Shown: positions 11,177 through 21,671, counted from the stretch's first letter. The stretch: 64,000 bases of DNA from an uncultured Alphaproteobacteria bacterium (GCA_963772105.1 CAVYVV010000030.1:35660-99659), one strand, 5' to 3'. The notes: a model not told the origin generated them from the letters alone. Made by a program: numbers and translations.

Positions 11177-11536
11177 GTGCCCGCAGGGAAGATGGAGGAA
11201 AGCCGCGACAGGAACCGGCCGCTCAAGGTTTTCGTCTCCGGCCGGGAGCGCGCCGAGGTCGAAACGCGCGCCGCCGCCACCGGCCTGTCCGTGTCCGCCT
11301 ATCTGCGCAATCTCGGCCTTGGATTTCAGCCGCACTCCACCTTGGATCAGAAGGCCATTCTCGCCCTACTCAAGGTGAACGCCGATCAGGGCCGGCTTGG
11401 CGGCTTGTTCAAGGTCTGGATATTGGGGCAAAGCGCGCCGTCAACGGAGGCCGTGGAGATCCGGACGCTGCTCACCGCCATCGAGGACTGCCAGCTGCAA
11501 CTCAAGGCTCTCATCCAGCACTTATCGCGATTTTGA
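11177..11536 (+). CDS. traJ: TraJ/MobC relaxosome accessory protein (RHH)
   Basis: LKVFVS...AAATGLSVSAYLRNLGLG, KVNADQGRLGGLFKVW typical of IncP TraJ. Confidence 0.8.
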   Translation: MPAGKMEESRDRNRPLKVFVSGRERAEVETRAAATGLSVSAYLRNLGLGFQPHSTLDQKAILALLKVNADQGRLGGLFKVWILGQSAPSTEAVEIRTLLTAIEDCQLQLKALIQHLSRF

Positions 11537-11618
11537 CATTTTAAGAAAAGGGACCGCCTGGATTCAACGCAACCGTGGCAACTTTTCGCGGCGTTAATGA
11601 GGGCACATACTTGATATC

Positions 11619-11933
11619 TTATTTTGTTTTCCGATAGCGCTTTTTTAACAGCGGAATTGCTTCTTCCGTCCAAAATTGGGGCGAAACAAAGCCGCTTGAC
11701 ATGCCGCCGTGACTATAGCGTTCGATAAATGGGTCGTCGCGCTGTGTAATGGGCGCGCCGGTCAGTTGTTCGTAAGCCTGTTCCACAATAGCGGTGAACT
11801 TTGCTTCGGTGTCAGGGTAGGTCAAATCGCCCAGCTTCTCGCTCATTTCCTGCCAGAGATAGGGATCGCCGCGCAATCCCCACCGCGAAGGTGTCTTCTG
11901 GAAGATCTTCGATAGTTTCTTTTGTTCCTGCAT
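11619..11933 (-). CDS. Hypothetical protein (WGLRGDP...GGMSSG motif)
   Basis: Intact 104-aa ORF, visibly lower GC than flanks. Confidence 0.65.
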   Translation of the reverse strand: MQEQKKLSKIFQKTPSRWGLRGDPYLWQEMSEKLGDLTYPDTEAKFTAIVEQAYEQLTGAPITQRDDPFIERYSHGGMSSGFVSPQFWTEEAIPLLKKRYRKTK

Positions 11934-12210
11934 CTGGCCTGCTCGCTCACTTACACTCGCATTAAGTCCGACACGCTGTTAGATCGGCCGTAAGCCCAAC
12001 TCATCGCGCCGCTCTTCGGTCAAGCTGAAATGGCCCGTGGTCCTTGCGGACGCTCAATTGTCCATCCGTGTCCTGCCTGTGTTATGAAGCGCCAGAATCA
12101 ATCTATATACTAAGTCAAATTTGTGTTGTACCCGCTACTTGCCGAGGTCGCTATGTTGCTCTGGTAGTTGCGAAATTGTAGATATTTATATGCCTATTTG
12201 GGACTTTTCA

Positions 12211-14464
12211 ATGGAAACTGTCACAGAAGCATCCCGCCTTGATCTTGAGAAATCATACGCCGCAATTCTACAGGCGGCCCGCGCCCGGCGTTTCATTAGC
12301 TATGGCGATCTAGCCGCTGCCAGCGGGGTGCCATGGCCACGCGCATTCCGTCTCATTCCGCAGCACTTGGGGCAGCTGGTTACTCTCGCTCATAAGCGGG
12401 GCTGGCCCCTGCCAAGCGCTATCGTCGTTAACAGGGAAGATGTAGACACCGGCACTCTCGACGGGTCTGCTCTTGAAGGATTCCTAGCCGCCGCTCGTGA
12501 CGTCGGGCACAACGTCACTGACGCTGAGCAATTCGTCAAAGACCAGCAGGAACGTGTCTTTGCCTGGGCACAATCGGCTCCAGACACGCTTGGCTTGGCG
12601 AATGGCGATCAGAAACAATCCGCAGGATTATCTGGTCCGCAGTTCGTTCGTTATTTCGCGCCTCTGCTGGCTGCACTGCGCTCGCTGGGCGGCGAAGCCA
12701 AGCCCAAAGACGTTTGCGATTGGATCGTCAAAAGCAATCTAGTCTCCGACAGCGAGCTCAAGGCGGTCAACAAGAATGGACAATCGAAATTCGAGAATAT
12801 GGTGGCATGGGCGCGGTTTTATCTCACCAAAGCGGGACTGCTGGATGATCGGCGACGCGGCGTTTGGGCGCTCACTCAAGAGGGGCGTGAGGCAAACCTA
12901 GATCACACTCAGTCTCTCGCCATATTCAGAGACATACGCAGTCAATTCGAGGCCGATGACACGGAAGAGGAGGTAGCTCCACCTCCAGCGAACACCGTCG
13001 CGGAACTCTTCGATGATCCTTTACGTCAGTTCTGGTTCGCCGGGGCCGCTTGGGGAGAGGAAGGCGATCAAACCGAGCGCTTTCTGAGCGAGGCGATATG
13101 GCAGAATGGCCATGGTGATCAGTACTCCGACGAAGTGCGTAAAATGAGGCCGGGCGATCGAATAGCGATTAAAGCGTCGTTCGTGAAGCGGCTCAACCTG
13201 CCATTCGACGTTGGCGGCAAGCCCGTCTCAGTGATGCGAATCAAGGTGATCGGCACCATCTCTGAGAACCTCGGAGATGGCAAGACAGTCCGCGTTGATT
13301 GGCAACCCTCTCGTCCGCCTCGCGAGTGGTTCTTTTACACCTACCGGACGACCCTCAATAAGGCCGATCCAAATGATCAAGCTGGCCCGCCAACTTATCC
13401 TTTTCACGTTCGGCGATGCGCCCCAGGATTACAAGTTTTTTTTAAGTTATCCGTTTTGGGCGAACAGATACGCGCAACCTACCAAACAGGCGCTGCTGGG
13501 GGGTGACGACGAAGAGGAGGACGGATCCGAAGAAGAGGCCCCAGCGAGCTATAGCTATACTGTCGACCACATAATCGAAGACGGGTGTTTCCTCCCTCGT
13601 GCGGATCTAGACAACTTTCTCGAGCGCCTTAGAAAGAAGAAGAACATCATCCTTCAGGGGCCTCCAGGCACTGGCAAGACATGGCTTGCCAAGAGACTTG
13701 GCTATGCTCTCCTTGAAACGCGTGATCTCAAGGCCATTCGCCAACGGCTCCGTATCGTTCAATTCCACCCCTCGCTTTCGTACGAGGATTTTGTTTGTGG
13801 CTGGCGGCCACAAGCTGGCGGTGAGCTGGCTTTAAAAGATGGAACCTTCCTGGAAATCGTTGACGCGGCGTTGTCAGAACCAGGCCGGCCCTTTGTTCTC
13901 ATCATCGAAGAAATCAACCGTGGTAACCCCGCACAAGTCTTCGGCGAGATGCTGACGTTGTTAGAAGACAGTAAACGTCAAGCGGATGAGGCCCTTGAGC
14001 TTGCATACCGTGATGGCGAAGCCAAGCGCGTCTATATCCCCGAGAATCTGCACGTTATTGGCACCATGAACATCGCGGACCGTTCACTCGCGCTTGTTGA
14101 TCTCGCGTTCAGACGGCGGTTTGCCTTTATATCATTGGAGCCTGCGCTCAACGAGCGTTGGCGCGGCTGGTGCACAGAGCGCTGCGGATTTGATCCCACA
14201 TTCCTCTCTCTCGTCGAGGAGAGAATTCAGTCCCTTAACAAAAGCATAGCCGCTGATCGTTCGCTTGGAAGACAGTACCGCATAGGTCACAGTTATATAA
14301 CACCTGACGTCGGAGAGATGATCGGAAAGACGATCGACGATCACAAAGTGTGGTTCCGAAACAAAATTAGAACTGAAATCGAACCACTACTCGAAGAGTA
14401 CTGGTTCGATGCCCCTGAAAAAGCGACAGAAGCGGCCAAAAGGCTTCTTGCGGACCTTTCTTGA
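12211..14464 (+). CDS. mcrB: McrB-family GTPase with multiple N-terminal domains including Mrr_N; frameshift near 13380
   Basis: GPPGTGKT, QFHPSLSYEDF, IIEEINRGN, MNIADRS (NxxD), RRRFAF; Mrr_N-like NMVAWARFYL...GVWALT. Confidence 0.88.
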
Positions 14465-15576
14465 TGGGCGACGCTCTCACGCAGAAAGCTCCAGCTCCTA
14501 TCGGTGTCATTCCCGTCCGAAACCTGTGGTTCTTGGCTCTTTATGCATCTGACCTCGCGAGATTCCGAGACCGCTTCGATTCCGATATCGAAGCTTCGCC
14601 TGATCTTCCAGACCTTGTCGGGCGGCTTCTTGTTCGTGCCGTGGATACGCGGCTTCGTCGCAACCTGAGTTTCGGCTATCGCCGCCAAGAGGCGGTTCTC
14701 TCGCGGGTCCGCGGCAGAATAAACCCGCTTCCCACGTACTCTCGCAAGCTCTTGCGGCAAGGTAAGATCGCATGCCGCTTTGAAGAACTCACTATCGATA
14801 CAACCCGCAACCGCCTAGTCCGAGCTGCTCTGGATGCCGTGGCCAACAAAGTCAGCGACGTCGAACTTGGCCACGGCTGCCGATCGCTCGCGGGAAAACT
14901 TGGCTCGTTGGGCGTTTCGGGCACGAGACCGTCGCGCAGCCAGGTTGCGCAAGATCAGATCGGACGGCATGAAACCGGCGACCGCTTCATGGTTGCTCTG
15001 GCTAGGCTTGTTTTCGATCTTATGCTCCCAAGCGAGCATGAGGGGGCTACGCCACTGACAAGAATTGAGCGCGATCCCGTTATCGTCCGACGCCTATTCG
15101 AGCGCGCCGTTGCAAATTTCCTCGCGGCTGAATTGCCGCCAGGTGAAGGGTGGAAGGTCTCACCGGGAAAATGGCTCTATTGGCAAAAAGGGGCTGAGAC
15201 ACCCGGGATTTCAGCCGTCCTCCCGCAGATGAAAACTGACATCGTATTAGAAAACGTGCGTGAGAAGCGGCGCATTGTTATTGACACCAAGTTCACCGGG
15301 ATTTTCACGAGTTCCGAGTATCGCGCCAACATCCTCAAGAGCGGTTATCTGTATCAAATGTATGCTTATCTGCGGTCGCAGGCGGGGTGTGGCGATCCCC
15401 TCTGTGATAATGCTGAAGGCATCCTTTTACACCCGGCGATCGACGCTAACGTCGATGAGACAGTACTGATCCAAGGGCACGAGATTAGGTTTGTTACTGT
15501 TGATCTGATGCTACCCACTAGCGAGATCGAAGAGAAGCTCAGAACGCTTCCACGTCATTCGAGGCTAAAGGTCTAG
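14464..15576 (+). CDS. mcrC: McrC PD-(D/E)xK nuclease subunit
   Basis: IPVRNLWFL, VRGRI, TDIVL...IDTKF, YLYQMYAY; overlaps the mcrB stop. Confidence 0.88.
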   Translation: MGDALTQKAPAPIGVIPVRNLWFLALYASDLARFRDRFDSDIEASPDLPDLVGRLLVRAVDTRLRRNLSFGYRRQEAVLSRVRGRINPLPTYSRKLLRQGKIACRFEELTIDTTRNRLVRAALDAVANKVSDVELGHGCRSLAGKLGSLGVSGTRPSRSQVAQDQIGRHETGDRFMVALARLVFDLMLPSEHEGATPLTRIERDPVIVRRLFERAVANFLAAELPPGEGWKVSPGKWLYWQKGAETPGISAVLPQMKTDIVLENVREKRRIVIDTKFTGIFTSSEYRANILKSGYLYQMYAYLRSQAGCGDPLCDNAEGILLHPAIDANVDETVLIQGHEIRFVTVDLMLPTSEIEEKLRTLPRHSRLKV

Positions 15577-15644
15577 GCTGGAAGGTCAAGCTGTGCAAGC
15601 CGTGGCGTCCGTAATCGTTGAGCGAGAGGCCAAACCGGCCAAAG

Positions 15645-15839
15645 TTAAGAAGCAAGACCGGCTTTGGCCGCTTGGAAATCGGCCTGAAAAGCGGTGGTAT
15701 TCAGTTCCGCAGCCTGCTTTTTTAAGTTCGCGTCGTTCGTTTGCCACGCGACTTTCGCAAGCGCTTTGCTCATGGCCAGCATGGCCGCCGGCGAAGTGCG
15801 CTTTTGTGCTGGAGCGCTTGTTCGATCCTCTTGCGTCAT
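15645..15839 (-). CDS. Small hypothetical protein coupled to the DUF2442 gene
   Basis: ATGA overlap with upstream stop; 64 aa. Confidence 0.4.
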   Translation of the reverse strand: MTQEDRTSAPAQKRTSPAAMLAMSKALAKVAWQTNDANLKKQAAELNTTAFQADFQAAKAGLAS

Positions 15840-16276
15840 TCGTCGCTTCCGTCCGTCCGGCGCCCGCTTGCAAGAACCTCTTCGTGTATCCAATCGTCCC
15901 GCTTCTTGCCGTCTTCGTCGATGTAGAACATTTCGCCGCCGCCCGGAATGTAGATTCCCGCGTGCTTGATCGCCTCGTGCATCGCGTCCGGCGCAAGGTC
16001 AAGATCGCCTGGCCAAGTCAGCGCGCCCCATTGAAGGAAGGCTTGAGCAAAGACGGCCGGATCGCGGAGCGCTTCGAACACGCCAGCACTAGGCGCATGA
16101 ATGAAGGGCTCCAAATCAACCTCGCCCTCAAGGCCATCGTTGAAGACGACATGCAGCCGCCAAGGGCCGATGATCACGGCGCTTTTGATGTCATCTGGCG
16201 CGCTTGGAACGATCGGCGGGACTATTCCAAGGGCGCTATTTGCTTCGGCTGAACGGTCTTGCAGCATGCTTCCCAT
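15836..16276 (-). CDS. DUF2442 protein (putative antitoxin)
   Basis: LHVVFNDGLEGEVDL...FEALRDP...LTWPGDLDLAPD. Confidence 0.75.
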   Translation of the reverse strand: MGSMLQDRSAEANSALGIVPPIVPSAPDDIKSAVIIGPWRLHVVFNDGLEGEVDLEPFIHAPSAGVFEALRDPAVFAQAFLQWGALTWPGDLDLAPDAMHEAIKHAGIYIPGGGEMFYIDEDGKKRDDWIHEEVLASGRRTDGSDE

Positions 16277-16482
16277 GCCTCGAAAAGTTCACTTTGATGT
16301 AGGCGCGCCCACTTTAGCACGAGAGCCTTTGCCTGTCTTGGCAGCGAGCCCTTGATCACGCGCAAGGTCTTAATATCGAGCTGCGCCTGGTAGCTTCCAT
16401 AGAGCGCGTGAAAGTGCGGCGGGGCATGGTCCGCGAAATACATGCGGATCACGATCCCGTAAAAGATGCTAAGCGTTGGCAT
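16222..16482 (-). CDS. DUF4160 protein (putative toxin)
   Basis: MPTLSIFYGIVIRMYFADHAPPHFHA signature. Confidence 0.85.
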   Translation of the reverse strand: MPTLSIFYGIVIRMYFADHAPPHFHALYGSYQAQLDIKTLRVIKGSLPRQAKALVLKWARLHQSELFEAWEACCKTVQPKQIAPLE

Positions 16483-16726
16483 CGGCAACCTTGAGCCGAA
16501 CGCCGGGGCCGCCGCGCGCGCTTTCCTCGCCCTCTGCGATAAAGACTAAGCCGGCCGCCTCTAAAGCCTGTTTCAGCAACGCCAGCGTTGAAGGGTTTGC
16601 AGGCTTGCCGCTTTCAAATCGCGCGATCGTTGTCGCTCCGACGTGCGAGGCCTTCGCCAAATCTCGCGTTGACCAATTCAGCGCGCCGCGCGCCATCCGG
16701 CATTGGGTGTCGGTTATATGCTCCAT
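16469..16726 (-). CDS. XRE-family HTH regulator
   Basis: QCRMARGALNWSTRDLA...TIARFESG...GPGVRL. Confidence 0.8.
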   Translation of the reverse strand: MEHITDTQCRMARGALNWSTRDLAKASHVGATTIARFESGKPANPSTLALLKQALEAAGLVFIAEGEESARGGPGVRLKVADANA

Positions 16727-16885
16727 GTTGTCGAATTTATTCAACGAAGCGCTTGACGCAAGTTGATCGTTAATCCTAAGTTGAGCATGCGCGCAATGTT
16801 GCGCGTTTTTATCAACGAATGAGCGCAAAGCACGCTGGAAATCCACAATTTCCGGTGCAGGCGGAGCTTTGCGGAAAGGGATTGC

Positions 16886-17077
16886 ATGCTGACCATTGCC
16901 GAAATGACCGACGCAAGGGACAGCTTGCGCCAAGCTGAAGGCCTCGCGGCTCGCATCCGCGGCGTGTTTCTCTCTGCCGGATATGTCCGAGGGGCGCGCG
17001 TGCTCAACGATGTGATCAGTCTTCTCGCGGACGAGGTTGCCGCGCTCGACAAGGCAATCAGCGGGTCAAAGCCGTGA
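16886..17077 (+). CDS. Small hypothetical protein
   Basis: 63-aa ORF with RBS, divergent from the XRE gene. Confidence 0.4.
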   Translation: MLTIAEMTDARDSLRQAEGLAARIRGVFLSAGYVRGARVLNDVISLLADEVAALDKAISGSKP

Positions 17078-17566
17078 CCAGCCCTAACGAGCGTACTTGC
17101 ATCCTTGCGGGCCTCATTAAGCGCGTTCCGCTTGCCGTTGACGCCGTCCCTCCGCTGAATGACCGGGCTGCACCCGTCAACCGTTTCGGCGCTCATGCTG
17201 GCGACGTTGCCAAGCGCGCGTCCCGAACCAAAACGAGCGCTTTTCCCAAGCGCCATAAACGAGGCCGCCGCCAAGAACACGCTCCCGATGGCGAACGGGG
17301 TCCAAGGCATCGGCGAGGCTTCGATGTTCACGTAAACCGCGGGGCCGATGGCCAGCCATGCAATAGCGCACACGATTTTCATGATCGGGACGGTGACGCA
17401 TGTGCAGCCACGGTCAAGCGCGATTTGGCTGTGGAAAAACGAGTCGGGTAACGGGGTTGGATTTTTGGGCCGGTTGTTACCCCGCCCGTTACCCCGAACC
17501 TGACCTTGAGCCTTCCCTTGTCTTTTTTTTTGCGACTTAAGCCCTTGATTTTATTGGGCTTTTAAG

Positions 17567-17642
<76 letters not shown>

Positions 17643-17707
17643 GCCTTGCCGCGTTCACTAGCTATAATCCGTATGAAGGCGTGTGTCCACGTCTGCTGTT
17701 GCGGCAC

Positions 17708-18566
17708 TCACCGTTTAAACATGTCTCCGTTTTGGGAAGCGGAGGGGGGGAGGACAAACGGCCTCCCGGATGTGGCGGTGGTCAACGGAGCCGGCGCCTT
17801 GGAATCGGCCCTTGGGATAACCTCCGGCGCCAAAGCGCCGAGCGAAACATAGATTTTCAAAAGATCGTCGACCTTCATGTCGGGGACAGGGGTGATAGCC
17901 GTGTCGGCGACAAATACAAGGCCGCCCGACATCGGGTATCGGGGCGGCGGGGAGATAGACAAGCCTGCGCCTTTCGCCGGCGATGAGATAGAGTTGCTGG
18001 CTTGCCAGAAGCGCAAGGACGTCGACCGCGGTCTCACCGGGGCCAAAAAAGCGGCAGGACACAACGCTCATGCTCGAAAGGTCTCCAGGCGCGCCGGACC
18101 TGTTTGTCGCCATCCGCACCACGCGTGAAACCGGGCTATAAATCGACCGGATGAGCGGCACCCGCGAAAACAACCTGTCCAGGTAATTCTGAATAATGCT
18201 TTTTGCCCTCGTTTTCACGATCAAGCCTAGCAGCCAGATTCCGGCCAATGCGATGGCGACGCCGAGCCAGAAAGCCAAAGTATCCTGGCTGGGGCCGAGA
18301 ATATAAGTCCCACCCCAGGTGAGCAGATCGCCGAGCACCGTGCCGGGGCCGATTGCGCCTCGCACAAAATTTACAATGTAGGCGACGATGAACACCGTGA
18401 GGACGATGGGGAGGAGAAACAAAAGTCCGGCTAAAAAGGAGCCGATCACGCTCGTGCGCCAGAATCGGGAAATCCAGTCCAGCATGCGTGAAACTCCTTC
18501 ATCCAAGGGGCTTTTCATGTCGGCGTCGACACTGTCCGGTTTCGCTTCAGTATACATCGAACACAT
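17708..18566 (-). CDS. DUF502 membrane protein, frameshifted
   Basis: FLAGLLFLLPIVLT, RVPLIRSIYS, P.P.SGGLVFV, IYVSLG. Confidence 0.75.
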
Positions 18567-18845
18567 AACGTATGTGTTATTGAATTATACGAGTGAAGAT
18601 CGCGGGGGATTTTTGTCTTTGTGAAACCATTTACTTCTTTGTTCGAAGCGGCGGCTTTTGCATCGCAATGTCACAGGATGGCGTTCATTGGATAAAGAGG
18701 AGGGCAAGGTGCTCTTTCTGCTCTCTCCCCGGCGCTCGCGGCATAAGCCGGCCACCTGAAGATCGCGGTTGATAGCCGCATCGACGGACAAGGCTTAGCG
18801 TGCGAGTCACGCTAAGCTCCCGCGCAATGTCAGGGGAGGTTGCGC

Positions 18846-20159
18846 TTGGAACCGTCGATCATTTGCCCAAACTGCCGGACCGAGATCAAGCTCACAGAAA
18901 CCTTGGCCGCTCCGCTCATCGAAGCTGTGAGGCGCGAGAGCGATCAGAAGCTTCGCGTGAAAGAGGCCGAAATCGCGAAGCGTGAAGCGGCGATCCGGGC
19001 GCAACAAACCGCCATCAAGGACGCCAAGGAAGCGATGGAGGCGGAGTTCGCCGAGCGGCTGAAAGGGGAGCGCAGGAAACTCGCCGAGGAGGAGGCCAAA
19101 AAGGCGCGGGCGGCGGTTTCGATCGACCTGCATCACAAGGATCAGCAACTGGAAGAGTTGGCCAAGGCGTTCAAGGAGCGCGAGGGGAAACTTGTCGAAG
19201 CGCAGAAGGCTCAAGCGGAAGCCGTTCGCAAGCAGCGCGAGCTTGCCGAAAAGGAACGTGAATTCGACCTGACGGTCGAGAAGCGCGTGCTGGAGAAGCA
19301 GGACGAAATTAAGCAACGGGCGAAAGCGGAGGCAGAGGAAGCGCTTCGGCTCAAGGTCCAGGAAAGAGAGCAGACGATCCTCTCGATGCAAAAACAGATC
19401 GAGGAACTGAAACGAAAGGCGGAACAGGGATCGCAGCAACTCCAGGGCGAGGTGCAGGAACTGCAACTCGAAGCGCTTCTTCGGGCGAGCTTTCCGCATG
19501 ACACAATCACGCCCGTGCCAAAGGGCGAATTTGGCGGCGACGCGATTCAGCACGTGACAACGCCCTTCGGGCAGGACTGCGGCAAAATCCTTTGGGAATC
19601 GAAGCGCACCCGCAATTGGAGCGATGGCTGGCTGCAAAAGCTGCGCGAGGACCAGCGAATGGCCAAGGCGGATGCGGCAATCATCGTCAGTCAAACGCTG
19701 CCTAAAACCATCGAGACGTTCGGACAGATCGACGGCATCTGGATCACATCCCCGAAATGCTCGGTCGCGCTGGCCATCGCCATCCGTCTCCTGTTAATCG
19801 AAGTCACGGCCGCCCGGAAATCCGGCGAAGGACAGAAATCCAAGATGGAGGCGATGTACCAATATCTGACGGGGCCGCGATTCCGCCATCGGGTAGAGGC
19901 GATCGTCGAGAAGTTCGGCGAGATGCAGGCAGACCTTGATAAGGAGCGCAAGGCGATGCAAAAGGCCTGGGCCAAGCGCGAACAGCAGATCCGGGGCGTG
20001 ATCGACGCGACCGCCGGCATGTATGGCGACATGCAGGGCATCGCGGGGCGGTCGCTCCAGGAGATCGAAGGCCTCGATTTCGAGGCGGAGCCTGCGATCA
20101 CGGCGGCGCAGCGAGAGAGCGGCAAACTGCGGCTTATCGAATCGGAGGCCGGTCAGTAA
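18846..20159 (+). CDS. DUF2130 coiled-coil protein
   Basis: CPNC N-terminus, long coiled coil, GSQQLQGEVQEL, ILWESKRT. Confidence 0.8.
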   Translation: MEPSIICPNCRTEIKLTETLAAPLIEAVRRESDQKLRVKEAEIAKREAAIRAQQTAIKDAKEAMEAEFAERLKGERRKLAEEEAKKARAAVSIDLHHKDQQLEELAKAFKEREGKLVEAQKAQAEAVRKQRELAEKEREFDLTVEKRVLEKQDEIKQRAKAEAEEALRLKVQEREQTILSMQKQIEELKRKAEQGSQQLQGEVQELQLEALLRASFPHDTITPVPKGEFGGDAIQHVTTPFGQDCGKILWESKRTRNWSDGWLQKLREDQRMAKADAAIIVSQTLPKTIETFGQIDGIWITSPKCSVALAIAIRLLLIEVTAARKSGEGQKSKMEAMYQYLTGPRFRHRVEAIVEKFGEMQADLDKERKAMQKAWAKREQQIRGVIDATAGMYGDMQGIAGRSLQEIEGLDFEAEPAITAAQRESGKLRLIESEAGQ

Positions 20160-20223
20160 CGTTGATATACCGGCGCGGCTCGGGGAGCCACCCACGCAAG
20201 ACAGCTCCCCTGCGAAGGCGCCC

Positions 20224-20325
20224 CAGAGTAAGTCCGGAAAAGTGCGAAGCGGTTTTCCGATAAGACGCACGATAAACAAAAACCGGAACCCGCCTTTCAA
20301 CCCATCAAAAGCGGATAGGACCTAG
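20224..20325 (+). repeat. Family-1 CTAG-bounded ~105-bp repeat
   Basis: gtccggaaaagtgcgaagcggttttccga core shared with 5 other copies. Confidence 0.8.
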
Positions 20326-21671
20326 TAATTCTGCTGCGTCTTGCTGCGGTATTGGTCTGCCTTCATGGACTTCCGTTGGGCATTCCAGTTCTCGGACGAA
20401 AGTGCGCGCGCATCGGCTTCGTTCTTGTCCGCGAGTTGGCGCAGAGGTGCGGCTGCCGCCGGGGACTGGGCCTGAAGGCGGGAGGCTTCGGCGCGCAAGG
20501 ACGCTGCATTCTGCTCAAGCTGCCGTTTGGCATCCGACACTTTCCCGGCGTCGCGCGCCAGAACCGCCTTCTCGCTGCGCTCATTCGCAAGCTGGGTTGC
20601 CACGTCTGCCGTGACGCTTGCATTGGCGCTGCGCGTCGCCTCCTCTGATGATGAGCTGAAGCTGACGTGTGCCTGCGCCGCGATCCTGGCCCGCGCCTTG
20701 GTCTTCGGGTCGAGATAGGAGACGTTCACGTCCGCAATCGCGCTGCTGCCCTGAGCCTTGCCCTTGGCGACCTCAAGCTCGATGAGGAGATAGCGCTCCT
20801 GCTTTCCGCCGATCTGGTTGAGCCGGAAACTGACGCGGCGCCCATCCACCTTCACATCGCGTCCGAGCCCGCGAAGAGGTGTCACGCCTTCGGGGCAGAT
20901 GATTTCGATGTCGACGTCCTGGCCGACGACAGAGAGGACATCGCCGAATTCCTTATTGAAGATGTCCGCAAGCTGTTCGGGGTTTTCGACGAAGGCGTGA
21001 TTGCCATCGCTTGCGAGCGCCAGCCTCGTCATCAGGTCTTCGCTGTAATCGAGGCCGAGGCCGATGGTGGTGACGGCGATGCCCTGGCTGCCGAGTTCGC
21101 GGCCCAGTTCTTCAAGCTCTGCGGGCGAGCTTGGGCCCACATTCGCCTGCCCATCCGAGATGAGGATCACCCTGCTGATGAGATCGGGCGAGACGGCTTC
21201 GGCAACGCTTTGCCCGGCTTGGCGGACGGCGGCATAGATAGCAGTCTGGCCGCCGGGCCCGATGGCTTCGATTCGTTTTTTCATTTCCTCGAAGTTCTTG
21301 AAGGGACCCGCCGGAACGGCGATCTCCACGCGGTGATCGAATGCGACGACCGACACCCGGTCTTGCGAGGACAGCCTCGAAAGAGCAAGGATCGCGGCTT
21401 CCTTCGCCTGCTCGATCTTTGCGCCCGTCATAGAACCGGATCTGTCGATCACGAGCGAGACGTTCACCGGCGGCCGCGACGCCGATTCCTCATAGGGAAG
21501 GCCCTCGAGCTTGATCCTGAGATAAGCCTTGTTGTCTTGGCCCGCCGCGAGAACGCCTTGACTTGGCTCAACCGCGAGTTCGATGCGCTGCTCGGCATGA
21601 ACCGGAGTGCCGAGCAGACCAATAAAGAGGATGCCTAAGAGATGCCAATGAATGCGGACAAGTATGGACAT
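20322..21671 (-). CDS. Exported vWA-domain protein (YfbK-like)
   Basis: Signal peptide, DRSGSM MIDAS motif, LISDGQAN. Confidence 0.85.
   Translation of the reverse strand: MSILVRIHWHLLGILFIGLLGTPVHAEQRIELAVEPSQGVLAAGQDNKAYLRIKLEGLPYEESASRPPVNVSLVIDRSGSMTGAKIEQAKEAAILALSRLSSQDRVSVVAFDHRVEIAVPAGPFKNFEEMKKRIEAIGPGGQTAIYAAVRQAGQSVAEAVSPDLISRVILISDGQANVGPSSPAELEELGRELGSQGIAVTTIGLGLDYSEDLMTRLALASDGNHAFVENPEQLADIFNKEFGDVLSVVGQDVDIEIICPEGVTPLRGLGRDVKVDGRRVSFRLNQIGGKQERYLLIELEVAKGKAQGSSAIADVNVSYLDPKTKARARIAAQAHVSFSSSSEEATRSANASVTADVATQLANERSEKAVLARDAGKVSDAKRQLEQNAASLRAEASRLQAQSPAAAAPLRQLADKNEADARALSSENWNAQRKSMKADQYRSKTQQNY

Larger units (their letters stand above)
10300..17566. mobile_element. Decayed tRNA-Lys-adjacent mobilisable/defence island
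   Basis: tra remnants, oriT, McrBC and TA abutting the tRNA 3' end; left att site not found, so the left bound is approximate. Confidence 0.6.

Noticed and set aside
11940-12000. Integron attC site beside the 104-aa ORF
   Set aside because: Only a GTTAGAT-like core is present; no complementary arm at the proper distance and no second site or integrase.
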